Shown here piece by piece: positions 1 through 9,224 of a stretch of 64,000 nucleotides of DNA. Location of the stretch: NCBI GenBank assembly GCA_963711895.1, contig CAVQFU010000007.1, forward strand, positions 93,406 through 157,405, in the 5' to 3' direction. The notes beneath the pieces are model-generated. The model did no database searches, was not told where the DNA came from, and saw nothing but the letters and a program-made list of their open reading frames with translations. This stretch comes from an uncultured Acidobacteriota bacterium (GTDB taxonomy: Bacteria > Actinomycetota > Acidimicrobiia > Spongiisociales > ZC4RG35). How positions within the stretch are numbered: the stretch's first letter is position 1; each line of letters opens with the position of its first letter. A program made the position numbers and the translations under genes.

Positions 1-1
1 C

Positions 2-226
2 GGCATCGGAGTCGTCCCGGTAACCGATGACTCCGAAGGCCCGGCTGATCTCGCCGTGGCGGTCTACGTCACGAGGAAGGTACCGCGTGATCAGTTGAAG
101 GCCGGCGAGCGCATACCGCCCACGCTCGAGATCCCGAGCCGGGACGGGTCCCAGAATGTCCCGACACGGGTCATCGCCACAGGGGAGTTCGCGCTCGAGG
201 AGCAATTCGACATCGAGCCGGCATAG
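2..226 (+). CDS. 3' end of an unidentified protein-coding gene (partial, enters from upstream of window)
   Basis: Open frame with no stop from position 2 to TAG at 224-226; translation (...DSEGPADLAVAVYVTRKVPRDQLKAGERIPPTLEIPSRDGSQNVPTRVIATGEFALEEQFDIEPA*) has protein-like composition and GC-rich third positions. Not in the ORF track because it lacks a Met. Confidence 0.3.
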   Translation, partial: GIGVVPVTDDSEGPADLAVAVYVTRKVPRDQLKAGERIPPTLEIPSRDGSQNVPTRVIATGEFALEEQFDIEPA

Positions 227-249
227 GCCATCGAGGAAGGAGGGCTGTC

Positions 250-1212
250 ATGCCCAACGGGAATGAGGCGCTGGACAAGGACACACCGGTATCCAGCTTC
301 GACGCGGGCGAGGAGTCGGTTTCGGACGAGATCTCGACCGGTGAGGACGATCAGGTCGAGAAGACTCCGCGGAGCGGGTTCGAGAAGATCGAGGGTTACA
401 AGCCTCCCACACCCCAAACCCACAGTGAGTTCTCAGCGGAGTCGGTTGGAGAGGTGTTGTCGATCCCGGACGAGACCACCCAGTTACCCGACATTGGCGA
501 GGCGTCGTTTGGGCCGCCGGACGCCCGGCCAGAGACGGTGCACGGCGCCGACGATCGGTTTCAGATCACGAACACTGCCGCCTACCCGTGGCGTGTCCAT
601 GCTTCTCTGCGGATCACCGCGGCTGACAACTCGTTGTGGATCGGCACCGGATGGTTCGTGGGGCCGAGGCTGTTGGTGACCGCCGGTCACGTCGTCTACA
701 TCAAGAACAGCGGTGTCGCCGGTCGTGACGGCTGGGTGCAGAAGATCGTCGTCATGCCCGGCCGGAATGGAGGGACCCTCCCCTTCGGGTCGGCGACGAC
801 CTCAAACTTCTGGTCCGTGGTCGGCTGGGCCACCGATGGCGATGGGGAGTACGACTACGGCGCCATCGTCCTGGGCGAGTCGCTGGGCGACAAGACTGGC
901 TGGCTCGGGTTTGGCAACTGGCCAAGTCTCGATGGCGTCCACGCCAACATCTCCGGGTATCCAGGTGACAAGCCCGCCGGTACCCAGTGGTACGCAGCCC
1001 GGACTATCGACTCTGCGAGCACCCGCAAGGTGTTCTACGACATCGACACCGCCGGCGGCCAGAGCGGATCCGCCGTTTACCGGTTCGCCAATGGGTCCAG
1101 ATACGGGATCGCCATCCATGCCTACGGCGGCGCCACGGTGAATTCGGGGACCCGTATCAGCCAACCGGTCTTCAACAACATCAAGGCCTGGAAGGAGGCG
1201 TCCCAGGCGTGA
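250..1212 (+). CDS. Trypsin-like serine protease, S1B glutamyl-endopeptidase-like, with a ~130-aa acidic N-terminal extension
   Basis: Catalytic triad motifs in order: TAGHV (His), DYGAIVL (Asp), GGQSGSAV (Ser), plus IAIHAYGG. No signal peptide visible. Confidence 0.8.
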   Translation: MPNGNEALDKDTPVSSFDAGEESVSDEISTGEDDQVEKTPRSGFEKIEGYKPPTPQTHSEFSAESVGEVLSIPDETTQLPDIGEASFGPPDARPETVHGADDRFQITNTAAYPWRVHASLRITAADNSLWIGTGWFVGPRLLVTAGHVVYIKNSGVAGRDGWVQKIVVMPGRNGGTLPFGSATTSNFWSVVGWATDGDGEYDYGAIVLGESLGDKTGWLGFGNWPSLDGVHANISGYPGDKPAGTQWYAARTIDSASTRKVFYDIDTAGGQSGSAVYRFANGSRYGIAIHAYGGATVNSGTRISQPVFNNIKAWKEASQA

Positions 1213-1478
1213 ACGGTAGAGGCGCCCTGATCGACGGACGGTCCCATCTTGCCGACGACAGCCCGGTGATCGAGGCACGTGTGTTCTTCGGCACGGGGCC
1301 GGTGCCACTGCCCGACATCGCAACTCTCACCGATGACGACGGCCGATTCTCGTTGTACGCACCGGCACCGGGCAGATACGAAGTCGTATGTCACGCCGAT
1401 GGTCTCGAGCCGGCCACCGTTCCTATCGACGTCGATGGAATGTCCAACAGCATCGAGGTGGACATCGAGATGGGTTGA
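1209..1478 (+). CDS. CarbopepD_reg-like (carboxypeptidase regulatory-like) beta-sandwich domain in the -1 frame, probably the C-terminal domain of the S1 protease separated by a frameshift
   Basis: Frame of ORF 987..1478 reads VNGRGALIDG...TDDDGRFSLYAPAPGRYEVVCHADGLEPATVPIDV, a typical CarbopepD_reg motif. It joins the protease frame if one G is restored in caggcg(g)tgaacgg at about 1209. Confidence 0.4.
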   Translation: MNGRGALIDGRSHLADDSPVIEARVFFGTGPVPLPDIATLTDDDGRFSLYAPAPGRYEVVCHADGLEPATVPIDVDGMSNSIEVDIEMG

Positions 1479-1505
1479 ACGCCGCTTGAAACCCGGTGCT
1501 GTGAC

Positions 1506-3677
1506 TCAGGCCAGCCGTTCCGCCAGCCTGGTGGCGCCACGATGGGCGATGGCGCCGATGGAGATCATCGGGTTCACCCCGGAGGCGGTCGGGAAGCAGG
1601 ACCCGTCCATCACATAGAGCCCTGCCGTGTCGTGGGCCTGGTTCTCGGCGTCGACCACCGAGGTGGCCGGGTCGGACCCCATGCGAGCGCTGCCCATCTG
1701 ATGGAACGAGAAATAGGAAGTTCGATTCGGGCCGTATCCGACAGCGTCGGTCCGGGCCATCAGGTCCTCGATAGTGCCCTGGCCCGGGACCCATCTCACT
1801 GGTCGGATCGTCGAGGTGAACACCTCGACCGCTCCAGCCTCGGCGAGCCATTCGGCAGCTCTTCGCACCCCTTCCCTGATGTGGGAACGGTCGTAGTCGG
1901 AGATCCGGTATTTCCATAGCGGGCTGCCGTCTCGCCGAATGGTGACGCGGCCATGATCGCGGTCGCGGAGCAGGATCCCGGCCACCGCGAGGTGGCCGAG
2001 CCCGAGGATGTCGCGTTTGAAGGACTGCCCGTCCTCCCATCCCACGAATGCGGCGGGGAACAGCGGATGGACCGGGGCGGTCTCGAAACGGAACCCGTAT
2101 CCCTTGCCGTCCAGGTCGGCGAACTCGTCGCTGTACCGGGTCTGCAGCCTCCCGGCCCAGGGGTCGACCCGTTCCTCGAATCGTCCCCAGAGGGCGGTCA
2201 CCGGATGGATCCTGAGAAATTGGCCGGCGGCGCGGCCACCGAGCCCGCTTCGCAAGAGCAGAGCCGGGGTGTTGAGCGCCCCCGCTGCCAGCACCACTGC
2301 TTTGGACCGAACGATGAGAACGTGGTCCCCGACCTGGGCGACGACACCCGTGACGCGGCCAATATCCGTGTCGATCCGGCGAACGTCGGCGTCGACCACG
2401 ATTCGGGCCCCTCCCTCGGCCGCATCCCGGAGATAGGTGGCGAGCGTCGATCGCTTGGCGCCGATCCGGCATCCCATGGTGCAATAGCCGCAGTCCTGCT
2501 CGGTGCAACCGTCGACATTGCGGGGCATCTCGTCGACGTGCCATCCGAGGTTGCGCAGACCCTTCTCCATGATCTGGTCGCGGGACGACGGTTCGCCATG
2601 GTCTTGGTTGACTCCCATTCTCTCCTGCACGGATGCGAGGGAGCTCTCGAAGGCATCGCCGGTGAAGACATCGGGGAACCCGGCGACGCGATCCCACTCC
2701 TCCCGGACCGAATCGGGGGTGGCGAAAGACGTTGTGTAGTTGATCACCGTGCCCCCTCCCAGCGTGGACCCGGCCAGCATGAGAACGCCGCCATCCGCGG
2801 TGGACTTGAGGCCTCCGTCTAGATACATCGAGCCATAGGCATCGGACTCCAGGTGGGTGAAGTCCGACTCGTTGTGATAGCCGCCGCGCTCGAGCACGGT
2901 CACAGAGAGGCCGGCGGCGGCGAGGACAGCGGCGGCGATACCACCGCCGGCACCAGAGCCAATGACCACGACGTCGCAGTCGATGGTCCTGTCACTGTCC
3001 ACCACTTCGGTGGTGATCTGCTTGGGTGTTGCCGGGGGAGGGCCATCCGGGCCCGGGTATCCCATCGCAGCCCAGGCCGTGGGCGGGCTGGCGGGGTCGT
3101 CGGTGGTGACCCACAGGAAGGCTGCCAGGGTCTTCAGCGCCCGGATCCCCTTGCGGACGATCTCCACCCGGTTGCCCTCCATGGCGAGCAGGGCAGCGGC
3201 TCGCTGGTCGGGCGCCATGTCGGTGAACTTCTTCGGCCGGCCGAAGAGCACCAGTCCACCCGCCGCCGAGTCGAGGAGACCGAGGAACAGTGCGAGATCC
3301 TTTCGATCGCGCTCGTGGGGGAGTGCTTCGTAGACGTCGGGGAGCCCCGCGGAGAGCCGGAGATCTGCACCAGGAGTGGTCCAGGCGGCGCCTTCGCCGG
3401 GAACAGCAGGGAGGATGGTGTCGACCAACAGGTCGAAGGTGCGCCTGTTGGCCGGGCTGAGGCTCACGTCTCCAAAGATACCTTCATGGTCACCGGGTAG
3501 CTTTCCCTCGAGGTGGATCGGGACGCACTCAGGGACCGTGTGTTCATTCCCGTGGTCATCGACGCCGAGCGGGTTGCTGACGGGGAGGAGATGGTTCGGG
3601 TCACCTATTTCGCAGTCACCACCGACGCCCCGGCAGCGGTGTGGGAGGTCGAGCTTCCTGCTGTTGCGGAACTCCAC
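1506..3677 (-). CDS. GMC-family FAD-dependent oxidoreductase (long-chain alcohol oxidase/choline dehydrogenase-like) with N-terminal extension; true start probably downstream of the ORF start (near 3480-3220)
   Basis: FAD-binding Rossmann motif VVVIGSGAGGGIAAAVLAAAGLSVTVLERGGY, GMC C-terminal region (HQMGSARMG, GSCFPTASGVNP). The ORF 5' end overlaps the convergently unlikely + ORF 3513..4112. Confidence 0.75.
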   Translation of the reverse strand: MEFRNSRKLDLPHRCRGVGGDCEIGDPNHLLPVSNPLGVDDHGNEHTVPECVPIHLEGKLPGDHEGIFGDVSLSPANRRTFDLLVDTILPAVPGEGAAWTTPGADLRLSAGLPDVYEALPHERDRKDLALFLGLLDSAAGGLVLFGRPKKFTDMAPDQRAAALLAMEGNRVEIVRKGIRALKTLAAFLWVTTDDPASPPTAWAAMGYPGPDGPPPATPKQITTEVVDSDRTIDCDVVVIGSGAGGGIAAAVLAAAGLSVTVLERGGYHNESDFTHLESDAYGSMYLDGGLKSTADGGVLMLAGSTLGGGTVINYTTSFATPDSVREEWDRVAGFPDVFTGDAFESSLASVQERMGVNQDHGEPSSRDQIMEKGLRNLGWHVDEMPRNVDGCTEQDCGYCTMGCRIGAKRSTLATYLRDAAEGGARIVVDADVRRIDTDIGRVTGVVAQVGDHVLIVRSKAVVLAAGALNTPALLLRSGLGGRAAGQFLRIHPVTALWGRFEERVDPWAGRLQTRYSDEFADLDGKGYGFRFETAPVHPLFPAAFVGWEDGQSFKRDILGLGHLAVAGILLRDRDHGRVTIRRDGSPLWKYRISDYDRSHIREGVRRAAEWLAEAGAVEVFTSTIRPVRWVPGQGTIEDLMARTDAVGYGPNRTSYFSFHQMGSARMGSDPATSVVDAENQAHDTAGLYVMDGSCFPTASGVNPMISIGAIAHRGATRLAERLA

Positions 3678-4112
3678 GGGATCGGAGCGCTCGGGCTCGC
3701 CGGAGTCGTCTACGGCGCCCTACGGGAGGCGGGCGGTCCGGGGACCGACACCGTGGATTTCGACCTGTTCACGGATGCAGACGACGTCGCAGCCATCTTC
3801 GCCCTCGAGGAGTCGGGTACGCCGCTCACCGTGCAGGTCGAGGATGTGTGGATGCCACGCGCTTGGTTCGACGATGAGCCGGTCCGGGGCGATGTCTACC
3901 GGGTGGCGCTGGAAGTCTTCCAGTCCGCCTACCGGTACACGGCGGGAACGATCGGGCCGGATCTCCTGCACGAGATCGACGTGAGCGGGCAGGTGATCAG
4001 CTCGCCGGTGGAGACCGAGGCCATGACCCAGTGGTCACAGGACCAGATCGAGGCCACCAGGAGGGCATTCCCCGACAAAGAGGTCAAGCTGAGGTGGAGA
4101 GACGATGGCTGA
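3513..4112 (+). CDS. Hypothetical protein, translationally coupled to the downstream MBL-fold gene
   Basis: 199-aa ORF with protein-like composition. Stop TGA overlaps the ATG of the next gene (ATGGCTGA), suggesting an operon. No recognisable motif. Confidence 0.45.
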   Translation: MDRDALRDRVFIPVVIDAERVADGEEMVRVTYFAVTTDAPAAVWEVELPAVAELHGIGALGLAGVVYGALREAGGPGTDTVDFDLFTDADDVAAIFALEESGTPLTVQVEDVWMPRAWFDDEPVRGDVYRVALEVFQSAYRYTAGTIGPDLLHEIDVSGQVISSPVETEAMTQWSQDQIEATRRAFPDKEVKLRWRDDG

Positions 4113-4968
4113 CCTGGCCGTGACGATCATCGATGTCGGATGGGGCGATTCGATCCTCGTCGAGTCGCGAGACGATGCCGGCGATCGTCGCTTCGGTCTC
4201 ATCGACTGCAATGACTATGAGCGCCAGCGCACTGCCCTCCCGTTCGCCAAGCGCTACTTCGAACGGATCGGCCGTGACTGGCAGGGGACCGAGCACAACT
4301 TCGAATGGGTCCTGCTCACCCATGGCCACGCCGACCATGCCCGTGGCCTGAAGGAGATGATGAGCACTTTCGGGACCACCCATTTCTGGTACCCGAAGTC
4401 GGTCGCCTCGACCACCTACGGTGTCCTCCTCGACTTCGCCAATCGGTCGAATCGGGTGCTCCATCACCAGGCTGTGGACGAGACCAAGATCCTCGAGGCG
4501 CCGGAGGTCACGTTTCACTGCGAGATGCGCATCCTGTGGCCCAACTTCGACCAGATCGACACCAATAACGAGAACAACAACTCGGTGGTCCTCGCGCTGA
4601 CTCTCGGTGAGATCACCATCGTGCTCACCGGCGACGCTGAAGCCGAGAACTGGCCGCAGATCGTGGGTCGGCTACCGAGCCAGACCACCTATCTCCAGGT
4701 GCCGCATCACGGTGGGCGCAACGGGCTCTTCGACCCCAATGACGCGACACCGTGGCTCGATCACCTCAATCCTCGTCATACGCGGTTGGTGATGAGCAGC
4801 CACGTCGTTCCCCACGGCCATCCCCATCCCGATGTGGTCACCGAGCTCTCGAACCGCCGCTTCGTCTCCTACCGGACCGACCGCAACTATCACCTCACAC
4901 TGAGCACAGCAGGCGAGAAGGTCACGGTGGGGTATACCCACGTCAGCGGGCGCCTGCCTCGGGGATGA
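4105..4968 (+). CDS. MBL-fold metallo-hydrolase (ComEC C-terminal-like, COG2333 type)
   Basis: IIDVGWGDSILVE...LIDCN and HGHADHARGL (HxHxDH) motif, later HHGG. Confidence 0.7.
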   Translation: MADLAVTIIDVGWGDSILVESRDDAGDRRFGLIDCNDYERQRTALPFAKRYFERIGRDWQGTEHNFEWVLLTHGHADHARGLKEMMSTFGTTHFWYPKSVASTTYGVLLDFANRSNRVLHHQAVDETKILEAPEVTFHCEMRILWPNFDQIDTNNENNNSVVLALTLGEITIVLTGDAEAENWPQIVGRLPSQTTYLQVPHHGGRNGLFDPNDATPWLDHLNPRHTRLVMSSHVVPHGHPHPDVVTELSNRRFVSYRTDRNYHLTLSTAGEKVTVGYTHVSGRLPRG

Positions 4969-4979
4969 GAAGATGACAG

Positions 4980-6434
4980 CTAGCCGGCCGGCTCCAGATT
5001 GCGGTTGATGCGGAACAGATTGTCGGGGTCGTACTCCGCTTTGATCCTGCGCAATCGCTCGTAGTTGCCTCGATATGCGCTCTCGATGCGGGTGACGTCA
5101 TCGTCAGTCGTCTGGAAGTTGATGTAGTTGCCTCCGGTCGAGAACGGTTTGATGCGATCCCACGAGGAGCGTGCCCACTGTTGATGGGTGTCACCGTTGG
5201 GATCGGTCGAGGGCCATGCCGCTGCGGCTCCGACCACGAACGCGGCGTCCCGGTTCCCCACCGCCCCGTCGTCTTCGGCGTGGTCGTTCACCCCGCCCGC
5301 GATGTGAAAGGTGATGACTTGTGACATGGGGGACTCGATCTCGGCAGCATTGGCTCGAACGGACTCGAGGTAACCCTCACTCAGTTCCGGGATGAACTCG
5401 GTCTTCCAGTAGTAGTTGGCTCCCTTCGGCTGGGTCGCGTTGAGCATCGACTGTTGCTCGACATAGGTCTTGGGCATGATGAGATCAGCGATTGGCCGGC
5501 CGAAACCCTTGATCGGGGCCAGGTCCTGCTCTGCTGCATCCGGATCACCGCTGTGACAGGCGATCATCGCCACCATCGGCTTGCCGTGCCAGATCTCAGG
5601 GATGAACGGGGCCGGAGGGGCGAGACGCATCGTGGCGACGAGGGTCATCTCTCGCGGTGCGGAGGCAGTCAGGTCGCGATACAAGCCGAGCACGTCTTCG
5701 GCGTGATCCTCGGCCGGCCATGCGATCAGACCGGCCATGATCCCGGGTCCTACTTCGTGCAGTCGGTAGGTGAACTCGGTGACCACTCCGAAGTTCCCGC
5801 CGCCGCCGCGGATAGCCCAGAACAAATCAGGGTCCGATTCCCGGCTCGTCGTCCGCACCTGGCCATCGGCGGTGACGATCTCGGCCTCGACCAGATCGTC
5901 GACGGTGAGTCCAAAACGGCGGGACAGATACCCGAACCCGCCACCGAGCGTCAGGCCGGCCACCCCGGTCTCCGACACGAAACCCAGAGTGGTGGCCAGC
6001 CCAAGCTCCTGAGTTGCCCGGTCCACATCGCCGAGAAGACAGCCGGCGCCGACATGGACCAGCCGCTGGTCGGGATCGAGCCGGACCTGGCGCATCCGTG
6101 ACATGTCCAGCGTCAAACCTCCGTCGGCCAGCGCCAGACCCGAGATGTTGTGCCCGCCCCCCTTGATCGAGATCAGCAGTCTCTGCTCCCGGGCCAGATT
6201 GACGGCGAAGATCACCTCTGCGGCGTTCTCCGGCTGGATGACCAGTGCAGGCTCTTTGTCGATCAGCCCGTTCCAGATCAACGTGGCGTCGTCGAAGCCC
6301 GGATCACCGGGTCGGAGCCGCCCCGTGGCGGGGATCATCTCGAGGAGGGATGGATCCAGCTCGACCTCGCCGCCATCGAGAGTTCGAAGGTTCAATTTCT
6401 CAGAAGACATGGGCATGGGCCTTTCCGCTGGCAA
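4980..6434 (-). CDS. FAD-linked oxidase, berberine-bridge-enzyme-like family
   Basis: FAD_binding_4 motif SIKGGGHNISGLAL, C-terminal BBE motif YERLRRIKAEYDPDNLFRINRN. Confidence 0.8.
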   Translation of the reverse strand: MPAERPMPMSSEKLNLRTLDGGEVELDPSLLEMIPATGRLRPGDPGFDDATLIWNGLIDKEPALVIQPENAAEVIFAVNLAREQRLLISIKGGGHNISGLALADGGLTLDMSRMRQVRLDPDQRLVHVGAGCLLGDVDRATQELGLATTLGFVSETGVAGLTLGGGFGYLSRRFGLTVDDLVEAEIVTADGQVRTTSRESDPDLFWAIRGGGGNFGVVTEFTYRLHEVGPGIMAGLIAWPAEDHAEDVLGLYRDLTASAPREMTLVATMRLAPPAPFIPEIWHGKPMVAMIACHSGDPDAAEQDLAPIKGFGRPIADLIMPKTYVEQQSMLNATQPKGANYYWKTEFIPELSEGYLESVRANAAEIESPMSQVITFHIAGGVNDHAEDDGAVGNRDAAFVVGAAAAWPSTDPNGDTHQQWARSSWDRIKPFSTGGNYINFQTTDDDVTRIESAYRGNYERLRRIKAEYDPDNLFRINRNLEPAG

Positions 6435-6501
6435 CGGTACCGATGGCCGTTTGTGGCCGCATCGACAGTGGTCAGCCTGATCCCCACGTTTTGGCGCGCC
6501 G

Positions 6502-7818
6502 ATGTCGCCCTATAGACCGACATTGCCGCGCCAGAATGATCTGGTGACAACCGCGCCCAACTTCGCAACGACTCCATATGAGGAGCGGAGAATCGAGGAG
6601 CTGAGGCGCTGGAAGCGGCGAGCAAACCTCTTCCTGCTCGGGGCATTTGTCGTTTTCCTCATCAGTCATTTCTTCGGCAGCGAGGGTGGGGTCAATGGCT
6701 TCATCCGCGCCGCATCCGAGGCGGCGCTGATAGGTGGCATCGCCGATTGGTTCGCAGTCACGGCGCTTTTCCGGCACCCACTCGGCATCCCGATCCCGCA
6801 CACCGCGCTCATACCGAAGAGCAAGGACGAGATCGGACGTGGTCTGGCCGAGTTCGTCCAGCAGAACTTCCTCGATCCGGCCAATCTCGGAGAATGGCTG
6901 ACGAACGCAGACATCGCCGGCCGATTGGCTCAATGGCTGGACTCACCCGACCACGCGACTCTCGCCGCGCGTCGGACCATCGAGACCGGATCCACGATCG
7001 CCCAGTCCCTGGACGATGAGCGTGTCGCTACCGTCATCACCCAGACCTCTCTCGACTGGCTGCGACAGACTCCGGTCACCCCCATCATCTCCCTTGTGGC
7101 GGACGCCTGGCTAAAGGGTGGTCGCACCCGTCAATCGGTGGAGGCCACGCTCCGAGGGCTCGACGTGGTCATCGTCGACAACCTCCCATACTTCAGGGAG
7201 AGCTTCGCCGAGGCCTCCCCGTGGTGGATGCCGGCATGGGCCGGCGAGCTCGTCTTCGAGCGGATCATCGCATCCTTCCGAATCCTGGTGGACGACGTGG
7301 CGTCCGACCCATCGCACCCGATCCGCGCCGACATCGAGATGATGATGTCGAAGATCGCCGACGATCTCCGCAACTCAGCGGATCTGGCGGATCGCATCGA
7401 GGAATCGAAGCTGCACATCCTCGACTCGCCGGAATTAGCCACCGCCCTCCAGACGCAGTGGCAGGTCGTGCAGGAGAGTCTGGGCCGTGCCGCCTCCCGG
7501 CCCGGCTCGGATCTGGAGAAGCGCCTTGCGGAGTTGATCCAGTGGTGGGCGCACCGCGTGCTCGAGGACGAAGCACTCCGGACGCGTATCAACACGTGGA
7601 TAGCCGATGCCGCCGAGCGTCTCGCACATCAGTGGGATGAAGAGGTCATCGGGATGATCGAGACAACTGTGGCTGGCTGGGACGCCACCGAGATCTCCCA
7701 CCGTCTCGAGCTTCAACTGGGCCGAGATCTCCAATTCGTGCGGATCAACGGGACCGTGGTCGGGGCCCTGGTCGGGGTCGCCATCCATGCGTTGCTGGTG
7801 CTGACCGGCAAGGTGTGA
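6502..7818 (+). CDS. DUF445 family membrane protein (YjiN-like)
   Basis: N-terminal TM then AALIGGIADWFAVTALFRHPLGIPIPHTALIPK, characteristic of DUF445; about 440 aa. Confidence 0.7.
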   Translation: MSPYRPTLPRQNDLVTTAPNFATTPYEERRIEELRRWKRRANLFLLGAFVVFLISHFFGSEGGVNGFIRAASEAALIGGIADWFAVTALFRHPLGIPIPHTALIPKSKDEIGRGLAEFVQQNFLDPANLGEWLTNADIAGRLAQWLDSPDHATLAARRTIETGSTIAQSLDDERVATVITQTSLDWLRQTPVTPIISLVADAWLKGGRTRQSVEATLRGLDVVIVDNLPYFRESFAEASPWWMPAWAGELVFERIIASFRILVDDVASDPSHPIRADIEMMMSKIADDLRNSADLADRIEESKLHILDSPELATALQTQWQVVQESLGRAASRPGSDLEKRLAELIQWWAHRVLEDEALRTRINTWIADAAERLAHQWDEEVIGMIETTVAGWDATEISHRLELQLGRDLQFVRINGTVVGALVGVAIHALLVLTGKV

Positions 7819-7821
7819 GGG

Positions 7822-8181
7822 CTATCGGGGCTCGAGACGGAGGGTGGTGCCCAGTGTCTCCGGGAGGAGCATGTTCTCGAGGGAGCGGCCCCGGTACTTC
7901 ATGCGCAATGCCTCCGACGCCGATTCGATCGAGTTCGGGTCGTTCGCCGGCAGCGCGGTGAACTCGAACCGCTTGGCACCAACTCGAAGGGCGACATCGG
8001 GGTCGGCCACGGCCCTTTGGTACCAGCGTCCAGACTCGCCCCGAACCGAGCGCACATAGACGTCATCGCCCCCGACGACGACCCAGATCACCGTGCCGGT
8101 GACCCGGTCTCCGCGCCTTGTTTCGATGACGACCTCCCGAGCCTCCCCTATCTCCTGAAGCTGCTCTGCGGTCAACGACAT
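7822..8181 (-). CDS. DUF2255 family protein
   Basis: 119 aa; VIWVVVGGDDVYVRSVRGESGRWYQ pattern typical of DUF2255. Confidence 0.55.
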   Translation of the reverse strand: MSLTAEQLQEIGEAREVVIETRRGDRVTGTVIWVVVGGDDVYVRSVRGESGRWYQRAVADPDVALRVGAKRFEFTALPANDPNSIESASEALRMKYRGRSLENMLLPETLGTTLRLEPR

Positions 8182-8209
8182 CGTCCGAGACTACGTGCCC
8201 GACCGCACG

Positions 8210-9220
8210 TCAAGCCCGGTGCGCAACGTCCGGACCAGCTCGAACCAGTCTGCCGCTCCGAGCTGTGCAGCCGAGAACCGGGTCGCGATCGGGGAGGAGG
8301 GCTTCGGCGCCAGCCGCCACGGCCACTGTCGATCTGGTGCGGGGCCCGCCATGTGCGCCGCGAAAGTCGGGAAAGTCCGGATCGGCAAACCACCACGCAG
8401 GCAGGGAGAAAACAAATGCGACGTCAGAGGCAACCTTGACCCAGCTCTCTACTCCTTGGACTCTTTCGACCCAGCTCGGCTGGATACCGTCCGGGCCAGT
8501 CAGCATGGCGGCCGTCCCCTCATCCACGACGGTGACGTCTAGGCCGTGTTCCCTGGCAACGGTGCGGAGATCGATCTTCTTGGTTGGGTCGATGGTTTCC
8601 TGATCGTGATCCGATGTGACCAGCACCAGATCCTGGTCCCAGCGAATTGCCGAACCGATCATTCCGAGCGTCGAGTCCAACTCCCGGTATGACTCCACTG
8701 CCTCCTCCGAGTCAGGGCCATGCACGTGGGCGAAGGTGTCGGGGCTGTTCAGCTGAGCGAAGATCATCCCTGGTCTCCGATCGAGCGCCTCGATCACTCT
8801 GTTGGCAACTTCCCGATCGGCCACGTATCCGAACAGGTCCAGCTCGGTGCCGTCGGGAACACCCCCGTCTGGCGGCCAGTGTCGGCCGGCCGTCTGCGCC
8901 GACATCACCCCGATCAGATGCTGGTCGCCCACCACCACCTCGCAGTTCTCGTCGAGGAAGGTGGCGGTTCGGGGACCCACCTCGGACGCCGGTCTGGCCA
9001 CACGCTCGACCATCACCTGATTGGTCATGATCCCGTGTTCGAGTGGCACCCTGCCGGTGACGATGCTTGCGAAATTCGGGTAGGTGCTGGAGCACAACAC
9101 GCTCGTGGCGCCCTCGGGCCGCACGAGACCGCCGGCTGCCCAGCCGGTCAGGGTCGGCATGACCTCGTGTGTCACCGAGCGGGTCCCCAGCCCGTCGAGG
9201 ACCAGGACGACGACCGTCAC
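8210..9220 (-). CDS. Type I phosphodiesterase / nucleotide pyrophosphatase family protein (alkaline phosphatase superfamily)
   Basis: VLVLDGLG...STYPNFASIVTGRVPLEHGIMTN...VTSDHD motifs of PF01663-type enzymes. Confidence 0.7.
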   Translation of the reverse strand: MTVVVLVLDGLGTRSVTHEVMPTLTGWAAGGLVRPEGATSVLCSSTYPNFASIVTGRVPLEHGIMTNQVMVERVARPASEVGPRTATFLDENCEVVVGDQHLIGVMSAQTAGRHWPPDGGVPDGTELDLFGYVADREVANRVIEALDRRPGMIFAQLNSPDTFAHVHGPDSEEAVESYRELDSTLGMIGSAIRWDQDLVLVTSDHDQETIDPTKKIDLRTVAREHGLDVTVVDEGTAAMLTGPDGIQPSWVERVQGVESWVKVASDVAFVFSLPAWWFADPDFPDFRGAHGGPRTRSTVAVAAGAEALLPDRDPVLGCTARSGRLVRAGPDVAHRA

Positions 9221-9224
9221 CAGC

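Noticed and set aside
91-423. Minus-strand ORF (110 aa) overlapping the partial upstream gene and the S1 protease start
   Set aside because: Overlaps two better-supported + strand coding regions and is Arg/Ser-rich, typical of antisense ORFs in high-GC DNA.
1423-2697. 424-aa minus-strand ORF and many other long Arg/Pro/Gly-rich ORFs in the six-frame track (e.g., 263..679 +, 10446..10985 +, 16397..16939 +, 48305..48973 -)
   Set aside because: They lie in alternative frames of well-supported genes and have the extreme Arg/Pro bias expected from off-frame translation of GC-rich coding DNA.
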